Source: Chiloscyllium plagiosum (Eukaryota). From it: 64,000 bases of DNA. Shown piece after piece: positions 35,729-48,600 of this stretch. The notes under the pieces are model-generated. The model was not told where the DNA came from. It did no database searches and saw nothing but the letters and a program-made list of their open reading frames with translations. The stretch spans positions 68,678,890 through 68,742,889 of the forward strand of contig NC_057725.1 in assembly GCF_004010195.1 (NCBI RefSeq), written 5' to 3'. How positions within the stretch are numbered: the stretch's first letter is position 1; each line of letters begins with the position of its first letter. The position numbers and the translations under genes are program-made.

Positions 35729-38147
35729 GAAACTCACACTGTTCCCTGACACAGCAGTGAACCTGTGCAGGTACTGCCTTTGCCATCTGAATTCATGTAT
35801 CGCTGGACATTGGAGTATTTCTGAGAAAGCTAACAAACAGTGAAATTCACAATTGATCTTGGAGGAACTTGTTTTGGGAGAGGTCACAGCACAGAGACAG
35901 ATAAGTGAATAGTTTTAAGTCTGGCCTTGGGGTCTTGCTCTAAGTCTGCAGAGAGAGAGAGCGCGCGCGAGCGAGAGAGAGAGAGCGCGCGCGAGCGAGA
36001 GAGAGAGAGTGAATAGTTTTAAGTCTGGCCTTGGGGTCTTGCTCTAAGTCTGCAGTAGTGAGTATTGTGGGTTCTTTCTTGATTATGTGTTTTATTGAGA
36101 TATGTCTTTTGATTAAACTTAAAACTATAAGCATTAAGTTAGATTGGAGCAGTGTTTTGTAGAGGAGTAAGGCTGTGCTGTTTTCTGGGTCTGCGGATTG
36201 GAAGCAAAAATGGCCCATAGTAAAGTGATATGCTCTTCTTGGCAGATGTGGGACTTTAGGGAGAGTTTAAGTGTTACTGAGGATTATATCTGCAATAAAT
36301 GCTGTTGGTTGCGAATCCTATCAGATCGAAAGGATCGATTGGAGGGACAGTTAGAGGCAATGAAGAATTTACAAGAGCAAGGGGGTGTGATGGATGGCAG
36401 TTATAGGGAGCGGGGGGGGGGGGGTCTCAGATACAGTCACATTGATGGGTTAACTCTAGAAAAGGTGAGAGAGGAATGGCAGGTAGTGCAAGAGCCTTCT
36501 GTGGCTATCCCCATTTCAAACAAGTATGCTGTTTTGGAATATGTACTGGGGGTGGGGGTGATGGATTCTCAGGGGAACATAGCATGTATAGCCAAGTTTA
36601 TTGAGACTGGCTCTAATGCAATGAAGGGTGCATCCGGTTCCAAGAGATTAATTGTGTTAGGAGACTCTCCAGTCCAAGGTACAGGCAGACATTTCTGTGG
36701 CCAGCAGTGAATAATCAGAATGGTGCATTGCTTCCCTGGTGCCAGGATCAAGGTGCCTCAGAGATTCTAAAAGGAGATTACAGAGAGTTAGGCAGGAATT
36801 TAAAAAGGAGGTCCTCGAGAGTAGTAATATCTGGATTACTCCCAGCGCTACGGGGGCAGGAATAGGGGGACAGAGCAGATGAATGCATGGCTGAGGAGCT
36901 GGTGTATGGGAGAAGGATTCACATTTTTGGATCATTGGAATCTCTTTTGCGGTCGAAGTGACCTGTACAAGGAGGACAGCTTGCACCTAATTTGGAAGGG
37001 GACTAATATACTGGCAGGGAAATTTGCTAGAGATGCTCAGGAGGATTTAAACTAGTAAGGGAGGTGGGGGGGGGGGGGGGGAAAGGTGGGATCCAGGGAG
37101 ATAGTGAGGAAAGAGATCAATCTGAGACAGGTACAGTTGAGAGTCAAACAGTCAGGGCAGGCAGGGACAAAGCAGAGAACAAGGTAGGACCGATAAATTA
37201 AACTGCATTTATTTCCATGCAAGGGGCCTAACAGGGAAGGCAGATGAGCTTAGGGCATGGGACTGGGATATCATAGCAATTACAGAAACATGACTCACGG
37301 ATGGACAGGACTGGCAGCTTAATGTTCCAGGATACAAATGCCACAGGAAGGACAGAAAGGGAGGCAAGAGAGGAGGGGGAGTGGAGTTTTTGATAAGGGA
37401 TAGCATTACAGCCGTATTGAGGGAGGATATTCCCAGAAATACAGCCAGGGAAGTTATTTGGAAGGAACTGAGAAATAAGAGAGGGATGATCACCTTATTG
37501 GGATTGTATTATAGACACCCTAATAGTCAGAGGAAAATTGAGAAACAAATTTGTAAGGAGACCTCAGCTATCTGTAAGAATAATAGGGTGGTTATGGTAG
37601 GGGATTTTAACTTTCCAAACAAAGACTGTGACTGCCATAGTGTTAAGGGCTTAGATGGAGAGGAGTTTATTAAGTGTGTACAAGAAAATCTTCTGATTCA
37701 GTATGTGGATGTACCTACCACAGGAGGTGCAAAACTTGACTTACTCTTGGGAAATAAGGCAGGGCAGGTGACTGAGGTGTCAGTGGGTGAGCACTTTGGG
37801 GCCAGCAACCATAATTCTATAACATTTACAATAGTGATGGAAAAGAATAGACCAGATCTTAAAATTGCAGTTCTAATTTGGGGAAAGGCCAATTTTGATG
37901 GTATTAGGCAAGAATGTTCAAAAGTTGATTGGGGAGATGTTCGCAGGTAAAGGGACGGCTGGAAAATGGGAAGCCTTCAGAAATGAGATAACGAGAGTCC
38001 AGAGACAGTATATTCCTGTCAGGGTAAAAGGGAGGGCTGGTAGGTATAGGGAATGTTGGATGACTAAAGAAATTGAGGGTTTGGTTAAGAAAAAGGATGA
38101 AGGTAAGAAAAGGAAAGAAAAAGAAAATGACAGGTATAGACAGGATA

Positions 38148-38452
38148 GATTAGATTTAGATTACATTACAGTGTGGAAACAGGCCCTTCGGCCCAACAAG
38201 TCCACACCGACCCGCCGAAGCGAAACCCACCCATACCCCTACATTTACCCCTTACCTAACACTATGGGCAATTTAGCATGGCCAATTCACCTAACCCTGC
38301 ACATCTTTGGACTGTGGGAGGAAACCGGAGCACCCGGAGGAAACCCACGCAGACACGTGAGTCAGTCAGTCAGTCGCCTGAGGCGGGAATTGAACCCGGG
38401 TCTCAGGCGCTGTGAGGCAGCAGTGCTAACCACTGTGCCACCGTGCCGCCCA
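38148..38452 (-). mobile_element. HE1-type V-SINE inserted in CR1 ORF2
   Basis: Reverse complement of a full HE1 unit; host CR1 frame resumes at SSESLEECKG. Confidence 0.92.
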
Positions 38453-40013
38453 CTGGTGAATCGAGTGAATCCTTAGAAGAGTGTAAAGGCAGTAGGTGTA
38501 TACTTAAGAGGGAAATCAGGACGGCAAAAAGGAGACATGAGATAACTTTGGCAAATAGAGTTAAGGAGGAAACAAAGGGTTTTTACAAATACATTAAGGA
38601 CAAAAGGGTAACTCGGGAGAGAATAGGGTCCCTCAAAAATCAGCAAGGCGGCCTTTGTGTGAAGCCGCAGGAGATGGATGAGATACTAAATGAGTATTTT
38701 ACATCAGTGTTTACTGTGGAAAAGAACATGGAAGATATAGACTGTAGGGAAATAGATGGTGACATCTTGAAAAATGTCCATATTACAGAGGAGGAAGTGC
38801 TGGATGTCTTGAAACACATAAAAGTGCAGAAATCCCCAGGACCTGATCAGGTGTACCCCAGAACTTTGTGGGAAACTAGGAAAGTGATTGCTGGGCCTCT
38901 TGCTGAGATATTTGTATCATTGATAGTCACAGGTTGGCTTACACAGTGCCACTATTTAAGAAAGAGGGTAAGGACAAGCCAGGAAACTATAGACCAGTGA
39001 GCCTGACATCAGTAGTGGGCAAGTTGTTGGAGGGAATCCTGAGGGACAGGATGTACATGTATTTGGAAAGGCAAGGACTTATTAGGGATAGCCAACATGG
39101 CTTTGTGCGTGGAAAATCATGTCTCACAAACTTGATTGAGTTTTTTGAAGTAACCAAGAGAATTGATGAGGGCAGAGTAGTAGATTTGATTTATATATGG
39201 ACTTCAGTACGGTGTTCGACAAGGTTCTTCATGGTAGACTGGTTAGCAAGGTTAGATCTCATGGAACACAGGGAGAACTAACCATTTGGATACAGAACTG
39301 GCTCAAAGATAGAAGACAGAGGATGGTGGTGGACATTTGTTTTTCAGATTGGAGGCCTGTGACCAGTGGTGTGCCACAAGGATTGGTGCTGGGTCAACTA
39401 CTTTTTGTCATTTATAAAAATGATTTGGATGTGAGCTTAAGAGGTATAGTTAGTAAGTTTGCAGATGACACCAAAATTGAAGTAGCAGACAGCCAAGATT
39501 ACCTCAGATTACAACAGGATCTTGATTAGATGAGCCAATGGGCTGAGGAGTGGCAGATGGAGTTAAATTGAGATAAATGCGAGTTGCTGCATTTTGGGAA
39601 AGCAAATCTCAGCAGGACTTATGCACTTAATGGTAAGGTCCTGGGGAGTGTTACTGAACAAAGAGACCTTGGAGTGCAGGTTCATAGTTCCTTGAAAGTA
39701 GAGTCGCAGGTAGATAGGATAGTGAAGGCGGTGTTTGGTATGCTTTTCTTTATTGGACAGAGCACTGAATATAGGAGTTGGGAGGTACAGGACATTGGTT
39801 AAGCCACTTTCGGAATATTGCATATAATTCTGGTCTCGTTCCTATAAAGGAGGATGTCATGAAACTTGAAAGGGTTCAGAAAAGATTTACAAGGACGTTG
39901 CCAGGGTTGGAGGATTTGAGATACAGGGAGAGGTTGAATAGGCTAGGACTATTTTTCCTGGAGCGTAGCAGGCTGAGGGGTGACCTTATAGAGGTTTATA
40001 AAGTCATGAGGGG

Positions 40014-41450
40014 TAAGTCCTCGGGGCCTGATGGTCCACATCCCAGGGTACTGAAGGAGGTGGTTCGAGAAATCGTGGATGCGTTAGTGATTATTTTCCA
40101 GAATTCAATAGATTCGGGATCAGTTCCTACGGATTGGAGGGTGGCTAATGTTGTACCACTTTTTAAGAAAGGTGGGAGAAAGAAAACAGGAAATTATAGA
40201 CCAGTTAGTCTGACCTCAGTGGTGGGAAAGATGCTGGAGTCTATTATAAAGGATGAAATTACGACATCTGGATAGNNNNNNNNNNNNNNNNNNNNNNNNN
40301 NNNNNNNNNNNNNNNNNNNNNNNNNNNNNNNNNNNNNNNNNNNNNNNNNNNNNNNNNNNNNNNNNNNNNNNNNNNNNNNNNNNNNNNNNNNNNNNNNNNN
40401 NNNNNNNNNNNNNNNNNNNNNNNNNNNNNNNNNNNNNNNNNNNNNNNNNNNNNNNNNNNNNNNNNNNNNNNNNNNNNNNNNNNNNNNNNNNNNNNNNNNN
40501 NNNNNNNNNNNNNNNNNNNNNNNNNNNNNNNNNNNNNNNNNNNNNNNNNNNNNNNNNNNNNNNNNNNNNNNNNNNNNNNNNNNNNNNNNNNNNNNNNNNN
40601 NNNNNNNNNNNNNNNNNNNNNNNNNNNNNNNNNNNNNNNNNNNNNNNNNNNNNNNNNNNNNNNNNNNNTCCACTTTGGTGGCCAGAACAGGAAGGCAGAT
40701 TACTACCTCAATGGAATCGATTTATGTAAAGGGGCAGTACAGAGTGATCTGGGTGTTCTTGTACACCAGTCAATGAAGGCAAGCATGCAGGTACATCAGG
40801 TAGTGAAGAAGGCTAATAGCATGCTGGCCTTCATAACAAGAGGGATTGAGTATAGAATCAAAGAGGTTCTTCTGCAGCTGTACAGGGCCCTGGTGAGACC
40901 ACACCTGGAGTACTGTGTGCAGTTCTGGTCTCCAAATCTGAGGAAAGACATTCTGGCTATTGAGGGAGTGCAGCGTAGGTTCACGAGGTCAATTCCTGGA
41001 ATAGCAGAATTACCTTACACTGGAAGACTGGAGCGACTGGGCTTGTATACCCTTGAGTTTAGAAGACTGAGAGGGGATCTGATTGAGACATAAGATTATT
41101 AAAGGACTGGACACTCTGAAGGCAGGAAACATGTTTCCGCTGATGGGTGAGTGCCGAACCAGAGGACACAGCTTAAAAATACGGGGTAGACCATTTAGGA
41201 CAGAGATGAGGAGAAACTTCTTCACCCAGAGAGCGGTGGCTGAGTGGAATGCTCTGCCCCAGAGGGCAGTGGAGGCCCAGTCTCTGGATTCATTTAAGAA
41301 AGAGTTGGATAGAGCTCTCAAGGATTGTGGAATCAAGGGTTATGGAGATAAGGCAGGAACAGGATACTGATTAAGGATGATCAGCCATGATTGTATTGAA
41401 TGGTGGTGCAGGCTCGAAGGGCAGAATGGCCTACTCCTGCACCTATTGTC
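40014..41450 (+). mobile_element. Younger CR1 of another subfamily nested in the 3' end of the host CR1 (spans a gap)
   Basis: KSSGPDGPHPRVLKEV...RPHLEYCVQFWSPNLRKD...TRGHSLKIRG; distinct tail cctactcctgcacctattgtc. Confidence 0.88.
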
Positions 41451-42869
41451 TATTTATCTTATCCATACAATAGACAAAGTCTTTTCCCTGGGGTGGGGAG
41501 TCCAGAACTAGAAGGCATAGGTTTAGGGTGAGAGGAGGAAGATATAAAATAACCTAAGGGGCAACTTTTTCACACAGAGGGTGGTGCGTGTAGGGAATGG
41601 GCTGCCAGAGGACGTGGTGGAGGCTGGTACAATTACAACATTTAAAAAGACATCTGGATGGGTATATGGATAGGAAGGATTTGGAGGGATATAGGGCGGA
41701 TGCTGGCAGGTGGAACTAGACTGGGTTGGGATAGCTGGTTAGCACGGACGCATTCGACTGAAGGATCTGTTTCTGTGTTATACATCTCTATGACTCTACG
41801 ACAAGATATGAGTGGAAGAATAGGGAAAGCCTCTGGATCAAGACAATCTATAAAAGAATAAAATGGGCTGTCTTTCTCAGAGTTTCTCATTCTCATAGTT
41901 CCTTGCTGTCTCATGTCAATCACAGAATAATGGGAAATCTTGAAAACAGATTTTGGTGAGACAGTCAGAAGGACTGATATTTGGAACTTTGTCAACGCTT
42001 TGCAAACTACGGTACTGAGAGATATAAAGTGTGATACTTTCAGATCCAAGCTCTGACTCTTACATCTTACCGGGAACTGCTCATAGCTTCTAGGTTTGGA
42101 CTGAACATTCACTCACTTTTTCAGTCCTGAGGCTNNNNNNNNNNNNNNNNNNNNNNNNNNNNNNNNNNNNNNNNNNNNNNNNNNNNNNNNNNNNNNNNNN
42201 NNNNNNNNNNNNNNNNNNNNNNNNNNNNNNNNNNNNNNNNNNNNNNNNNNNNNNNNNNNNNNNNNNNNNNNNNNNNNNNNNNNNNNNNNNNNNNNNNNNN
42301 NNNNNNNNNNNNNNNNNNNNNNNNNNNNNNNNNNNNNNNNNNNNNNNNNNNNNNNNNNNNNNNNNNNNNNNNNNNNNNNNNNNNNNNNNNNNNNNNNNNN
42401 NNNNNNNNNNNNNNNNNNNNNNNNNNNNNNNNNNNNNNNNNNNNNNNNNNNNNNNNNNNNNNNNNNNNNNNNNNNNNNNNNNNNNNNNNNNNNNNNNNNN
42501 NNNNNNNNNNNNNNNNNNNNNNNNNNNNNNNNNNNNNNNNNNNNNNNNNNNNNNNNNNNNNNNNNNNNNNNNNNNNNNNNNNNNNNNNNNNNNNNNNNNN
42601 NNNNNNNNNNNNNNNNNNNNNNNNNNNNNNNNNNCCTCATTTATTCTTTATGGGAACCAACAAGGTATAGTTCCTGGAGTGTGGCCTCTTTGTACACCCG
42701 CCACAGGACCAGGGCCATGGCCATATTGGGCTGACCGCGGTGTGACTCCGCGTCAAGCACCTGCTTCTCCACATCCTAAATCCTGGAATTCCACCTCTTG
42801 TTGACTCCCGTGCATATTTCTGCCAGGCAAGAACGATTGGGGAAAACCCAAAGGTGTTCTACGTTTTAA

Positions 42870-43255
42870 TTGAGGAGTAGGAGAATGATCAGAGAGTAGG
42901 GCCAATCAGGGATAGTGCAGGGAACTTCTGTCTGGAGTCTGAAGAGATAGGGGAAGCCCTAAATGAGGTTTTTGCTTCAGTATTGACTGGAGAGAGGGAC
43001 CTTGTTGATAGAACACTGTGGACCAGATTAATAGGCTTGAACAGATTAATGTTAAAAAAGTGGATGTGCTAAAAGTGAAATGTGCTGGTTGCACCTCTGG
43101 CGATGATCTTTGCAGCTTCACTCTCCATGGAAGTAGTATTGGCTGATTGGAGGGAGGTGAATGTTGATCCTCTGTCCAAGCAAGGGAATAGGTAAATCCC
43201 TGGGAATTACAGACCAGTCAGTCTTATGTCTGTTGTAAGCAAAATCCTGGAGTTC
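42870..43255 (+). mobile_element. CR1 ORF2 fragment
   Basis: VGPIRDSAGNF, LNEVFASV, GNYRPVSL remnants. Confidence 0.75.
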
Positions 43256-45643
43256 CCCTTTGAGGATGCGGGGAGCCCCATCTGCGATCACCCTGCCCAC
43301 ACCCCACCTCGTGTAACTCAGCGGTGCTCACGACTTACCCCATTCTCCTCAGTTCTTCTGACCCTTTCCCCGTATGTGACACATCACCACCTTGCATCCA
43401 TCCCCAGGGTCGACGGCAGGAAAATCCTCTGCAGGGACCCCTGTGTCTTCAACTGAAAGGTCTCAAGGTGTGGATGAGACCTAAACTGGGTGGGTGGGAA
43501 GTGCAATATTGATGTCAACGCGCATGGGAGAACCTCATTTAGAAGAAACTGACTTGGAGGGAGCACCTGTATGAAGGGGCACAATTCTTTGAGAACACCC
43601 GTCGGCAAGAGAAAGTACGGAATAGGAACCAGAGAATGGAATGTGCTGTGATTTCAAGGGCAAGGACCAATTCCTTTTCCCCCAAATTATCTGCAAAACG
43701 TGTGCCTGGAGATGTGACTCAATGATCAAGGATCCACAGAATTTCCTGGATGGACAATTATATTGTGAGCAAGTGATTGCTGATGACACTGTCCTCATCA
43801 AACACTCTCAGGACACGGACAGCACAGGGTTAGATATAGAGTAAAGCTCTCTCTACAGTGTGTCTTTAGGAGTAATTTTTTGGGGGCTGTTTCTGTTGTA
43901 GTGAGGGGTTACCACATTGGCAGTGAAATATCTGTTTTAGAAGCTGTGGGTAAACAGCTTTGAGGCCCTACAACATCCTTGTAAATTTTTCTGTATGTTT
44001 TCTAGTTTAACAACATCCTTCTTATATCAGGGTGACCAGAATTGTACACAGTATTCTAAAAGCAGACTACCAATGTCTTGTACAGCTACAACATGACATT
44101 CCAACTTAATGCTTTGACCGATGAAATATATGAACAGATTAAGTTGTTTCCCTGGCACTCTCAAAAGGGGAAGTGGTCTGCTCTCTCCACTATCCTGGCT
44201 AATGTTTACTGGCAATAGCATATTGCTGTTTGGGGAGCTTGCAAATGAATTGCAGGGTTTCTTGTATTACAATGGTGACCACACTTTAAAGGTACTATGG
44301 AGCCAATGAATTACTTTCTGAACAGCATGTGGTTGTGAACAGTGCTATAAAGGTTGAGGCTTTTTTTAAAATTGTATTTGCAATGGGAGTTAGTACAAAG
44401 AAACACTGAATAAAAATAATAAAGAATTTATTTAAACAAATCAGAATCTTCTGAGTGGGCATTTCTGACAATGAGTGCAATGAACAGCCTCTGACTGAGA
44501 AAGCTGCAGGAAGGATTGGTTTCAAAGTTCACTGTCTGGTTGATAACAAGCTGGAAGGTGGCCAAGTGATTTGAGCTGGTGTCACTGTGTTTTCTGTGGT
44601 CAAGCTCCATGTTTGTGTTAGACTGTCTGTGTTGAAAGGACGCAGTGCTACAATGTGCTCTAACCCTGTTCTTTCGATGCTTCTTACAGCACTGTCCAAT
44701 CGGACATTGAGTGATTGATACCACCAAGAAAACTGAAAAATCAGTGTTGGGGCCAGCATCCCAAGAAACTCACATTTAATTAGTTCAAGCATGAGAACTC
44801 ACCGGAATCATGTCCTGGGACAGTGGGTCGGTTCTGGTTGGGGACTGGGTCCTGGAACAGGATTGGTGGTGGAGGGGGGGTGTCTGTTTAGGAGCTCTGT
44901 CCCAGGATGGGATGCAAAGGTGGGGTCTAGTTGGGGATGCTGTCTTGCAATAGTAGGAAGGGTCGGGTTGGGGATGCTGCTTTGGAATAGTGGGGGTGGG
45001 GGGAAGGGTCTGGTTGTATCACTGACATTGGGTCATGGAAATGAACTGACACTGTAACCTGTATCTGGGACAGGAATTGGCCAATTGTGGAGATTTATAT
45101 GAGGTACAAAAGAAAACTTCCAGAAAAATCTCCAATTACCTTATTGAACAGCTATTAGCCCCTCCCTGAAAGACAAGCATCAATCTATTTTTAAAAATCA
45201 CTTTCTATTTGTTTCTTCAAACATTGTTCTCGATTTTAAAAAACCCATTAACTGTGCTTAGCTTCAACTGGAGGAATGAGTGGAGAGGTAAAATTTGGTG
45301 AATGAGGTAGTGAAGGTGAAAGAATGGAATGTGTGCAGTGTAGCTAAAGGAGGACACTGGGTGGAAGTGACTGGGTAGGAGTCTTGGTGAGTGGGTAAGA
45401 TGTGAGGGGTCTTGGTGATGGGGCTGGGAGGTTTGAGGGGTTGACTGGTGCGAGGTTAGGAGGTTGGTGAAGGATCTTGGTGAGTGGCTGGGAGATGTGT
45501 TATGCAGGTGAGAGGGTGAATAATGGATCTACGTGGGTGAGGAGCGAGGTGAGAGGTCTGGTTGGGTGATAGTGTCGGCGATGAGAGAACGGGCGGGATA
45601 CTGTGGAGTTGACCTGGTTGTGGAATGCTCTGCTGCTGTGTGG

Positions 45644-48600
45644 CTAAAGGACAGACCGGACGTTCCGTGCTTTCACCGAGTGCAGTGACTGTTTGGTCTC
45701 GTCCCACAGGCAGATGGTGGACAATTGGTGTTTGAGGGTTTCCACCAGCGAGTTGCGTTTGATGCTCCTCTGCAGTTTCCTCCCACAGTCTTGATGTTGC
45801 ACTTCCCGGGATTTCCTGTGAGTTTGACGTCCAGGCCTCCATGCAGCTCCCGCCATGGTGGGATTGAGCAATAGCTTCTTACTCAGCACTAGCTTATTGG
45901 TTTGATGGATTCCTACTGTCCTCCCATTCACTCCTTTCAGCACGGTCAGTTTGCCTGCTCTCACAGGCAGCTTTAACGCTCTCTCACACCTTGCTGTGGT
46001 CGGGCTGTCACTCAGCAATGTTCGCTTTGCCTTAAGGGAGCGTGTGAGATTGGAGAGGCCCTGTTCAATATTCCTCATGTCTCTGTCAAGAAATCAAATT
46101 TCTGTGACTATAGTATTCAGCACCAGACCCTGTTTCCACAAGTGAAAGATGAAAGTGTTTGGTGTTGGGCTCCACTTTGCAAGATGTAGCTGAGAAGACA
46201 AGCTAGGGAGCAATCACTAAAAACTGGTGGAAAAAGGCAGAGAAACTGATGCAAAATGTTCCTGGAATTCTCGCCTTTATCTCAACGGCTTCAATTATTC
46301 TTTTATGGCAAAACTTGCTCAGGAAGGCAGCAGGAAACACCACTTCCCTCACTAGAAATGTTTTCTATGGAGAGCTGTTAACCTTAGGCTCAGCTGAAAA
46401 TGTCCAAGCTGAGATTGACTGGGCTTTTCCCCTCCGGGAGGGGCTGAGGATCCAAGGGAACTAGAATGAGTTAAGGAATGGCTCAGCAAGGATATAATTG
46501 AATGTGGAACAGACTGAAGGGGCTGAATGGCCTTCTCCTACCAGACACCTGGTTTAAGGTGCAAAGGCCTTTGCCAATTGAGGGGATCAAGTGTGTCTCT
46601 CTCAGGAACTGTGCCCACCCCAGATTGCCATCCATAGATACCATCTGCCATGGCTGGCTCCATTCTTGATTCTCTTCTGTGATTTACAAGTGTTTAAATT
46701 AGAGTGGTGCTGGAAAAGCACAGCAGTTCAGGCAGCATCCAAGGAGCAGTAAAATCAACGTTTCGGGCAAAAGCCCTTCATCAGGAATACAGGCAGAGAG
46801 CCTGAAGCGTGGAGAGATAAGCTAGAGGAGGGTGGGGTGGGGAGAAAGTAGCATAGAGTACAATAGGTGAGTGGGGGAGGGGATGNNNNNNNNNNNNNNN
46901 NNNNNNNNNNNNNNNNNNNNNNNNNNNNNNNNNNNNNNNNNNNNNNNNNNNNNNNNNNNNNNNNNNNNNNNNNNNNNNNNNNNNNNNNNNNNNNNNNNNN
47001 NNNNNNNNNNNNNNNNNNNNNNNNNNNNNNNNNNNNNNNNNNNNNNNNNNNNNNNNNNNNNNNNNNNNNACGGATACAATAAATGATATGAGTGGATGTG
47101 TAGGTAAAACTTTGATGGATGTGGAAAGCTCCTTTGGGGCCTTGGATGGAGGTGAGGGAGGAGGTGTGGGCGCAGGTTTTACAGTTCCTGCGGTGGCAGG
47201 GGGAGGTGCCAGGATGGGAGGGTGGGTCGTAGGGGGGCGTGGACCTGACCAGGTAGTCACGGAGGGAACGGTCTTTGCGGAAGGCGGAAAGGTGTGGGGA
47301 GGGAAATATATCCCTGGTGGTGGTGTCTGTTTGGAGGTGGCGGAAATGTCGGCGGATGGTTTGGTTTATGCGAAGGTTGGTAGGGTGGAAGGTGTGCACC
47401 AGGGGCGTTCTGTCCTTGTTGCGGTTGGAGGGGTTGGGTCTGAGGGCGGAGGTGCGGGATGTGGACGAGATGCGTTGGAGGGCATCTTTAACCAAGTGGG
47501 AAGGGAAATTGCGGTCTCTAAAGAAGGAGGCCATCTGGTATGTTCTGTGGTGGAACTGGTCCTCCTGGGAGCAGATACGGCAGAGGAATTGGGAATAGGG
47601 GATGGCATTTTTGCAGGAGGTAGGGTGGGAAGTGGTGTAATCCAGGTTGCTGTGGGAGTCGGTGGGTTTGTAAAAAATGTCGATGTCAAGTCGGTCGTCA
47701 TTAATGGAGATGGAGAGGTCCAGGAAGGGGAGGGAGGTGTCAGAGATGGTCTGGGTAAATTTAAGGTCAGGTTAGAATGTGCTGGTGAAGTTGATGAATT
47801 GTTCAACCTCCTCGCGGGAGCACGAGGTGGCGCCAATGCAGTCATCAGTGTAGCGGAGGAAGAGGTGGGGAGTGGGCGCCAATGCAGTCATCAATGTAGC
47901 AGAGGAGCACCAAGTGGATGAAAGTACTTACTCTTCCTGCTCCAGCACGGTGTCCATGCCGACCAGTGAGGCTGTTGCCATTGTGAAGGTGCCCACAGGC
48001 CTTTGTCGTCGTCCTCTGCCATCCTGAATCCTTGGTTGGCTGCCAACACACTGTGCCCCTTCAAGTGACTCACTGACGTCAGAAGATGCAGCCGGATTTG
48101 TTCTGTTTGCACAGGACAACCAAGTTTATTCAAAGGTAAAAGTGGACCTGAGAGGAGAGTGTCTCAGGACAGACATCCACGCAAGGTCCTGGTGAAGCAG
48201 ACCTGATCAAGTTCATCCTCTGATACCCAGGCATCGTTTGATGGACTGTGTCAGAAGCTAACACTTCCCTCTGTTCTAAACAGATTTCACTGCAAAAGAC
48301 ACTCCAAAACTAACTAATCAGGGATTAACTAATTAATAAATTAAGTCGAGATGGCTGGACAGGTGATGTGCTGTAGCTGCATGATGTGGGAGCTGGCTGA
48401 TCCCATTGCGAACGAGAGTGGTCACATCTGTAACAAGTGTTGGTTGCTGGAGGAACTTCAACTCAGGATTAATGAGCTGGAATCTGAGCGGCAAACACTG
48501 GCACACCCGAAATACCTGGACGCTGAATTCCAGGAGGCAGTCACACTACCTGAAATTCAGTCAGTGGCCAGGGACAGCAGGGTGTGACTGCAAGTGATGC

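Larger units (their letters stand above)
34836..41795 (+). mobile_element. Full-length-like CR1 LINE (5' UTR, ORF1, ORF2, 3' tail) with nested SINE, nested CR1 and tandem repeat
   Basis: ORF1 ICSSWQMW...YICNKCCW and LIVLGDS; ORF2 GLYYRHPN, VGDFNFP, QHGFVRGKSCLTNL, GVPQGLVLG, KFADDTK; tail tctatgactcta. Confidence 0.92.

Noticed and set aside
34941-35887. Long ARERE and SLAR ORFs of 270-300 aa on both strands
   Set aside because: Translation of a stop-free 20-bp tandem repeat; no gene context.
43339-43452. AG/GTAAGT-bounded segment as MTCH2 exon 1
   Set aside because: No similarity to the MTCH2 N-terminus.
47088-47921. 277-aa Gly/Val-rich plus-strand ORF
   Set aside because: Antisense shadow of the Penelope RT.
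47932-48147. Longer exon using the upstream acceptor (ctcctctcag at 48148)
   Set aside because: Its phase is incompatible with the 54 kb and 46 kb exons, giving an early stop; the 48102 acceptor keeps the frame.
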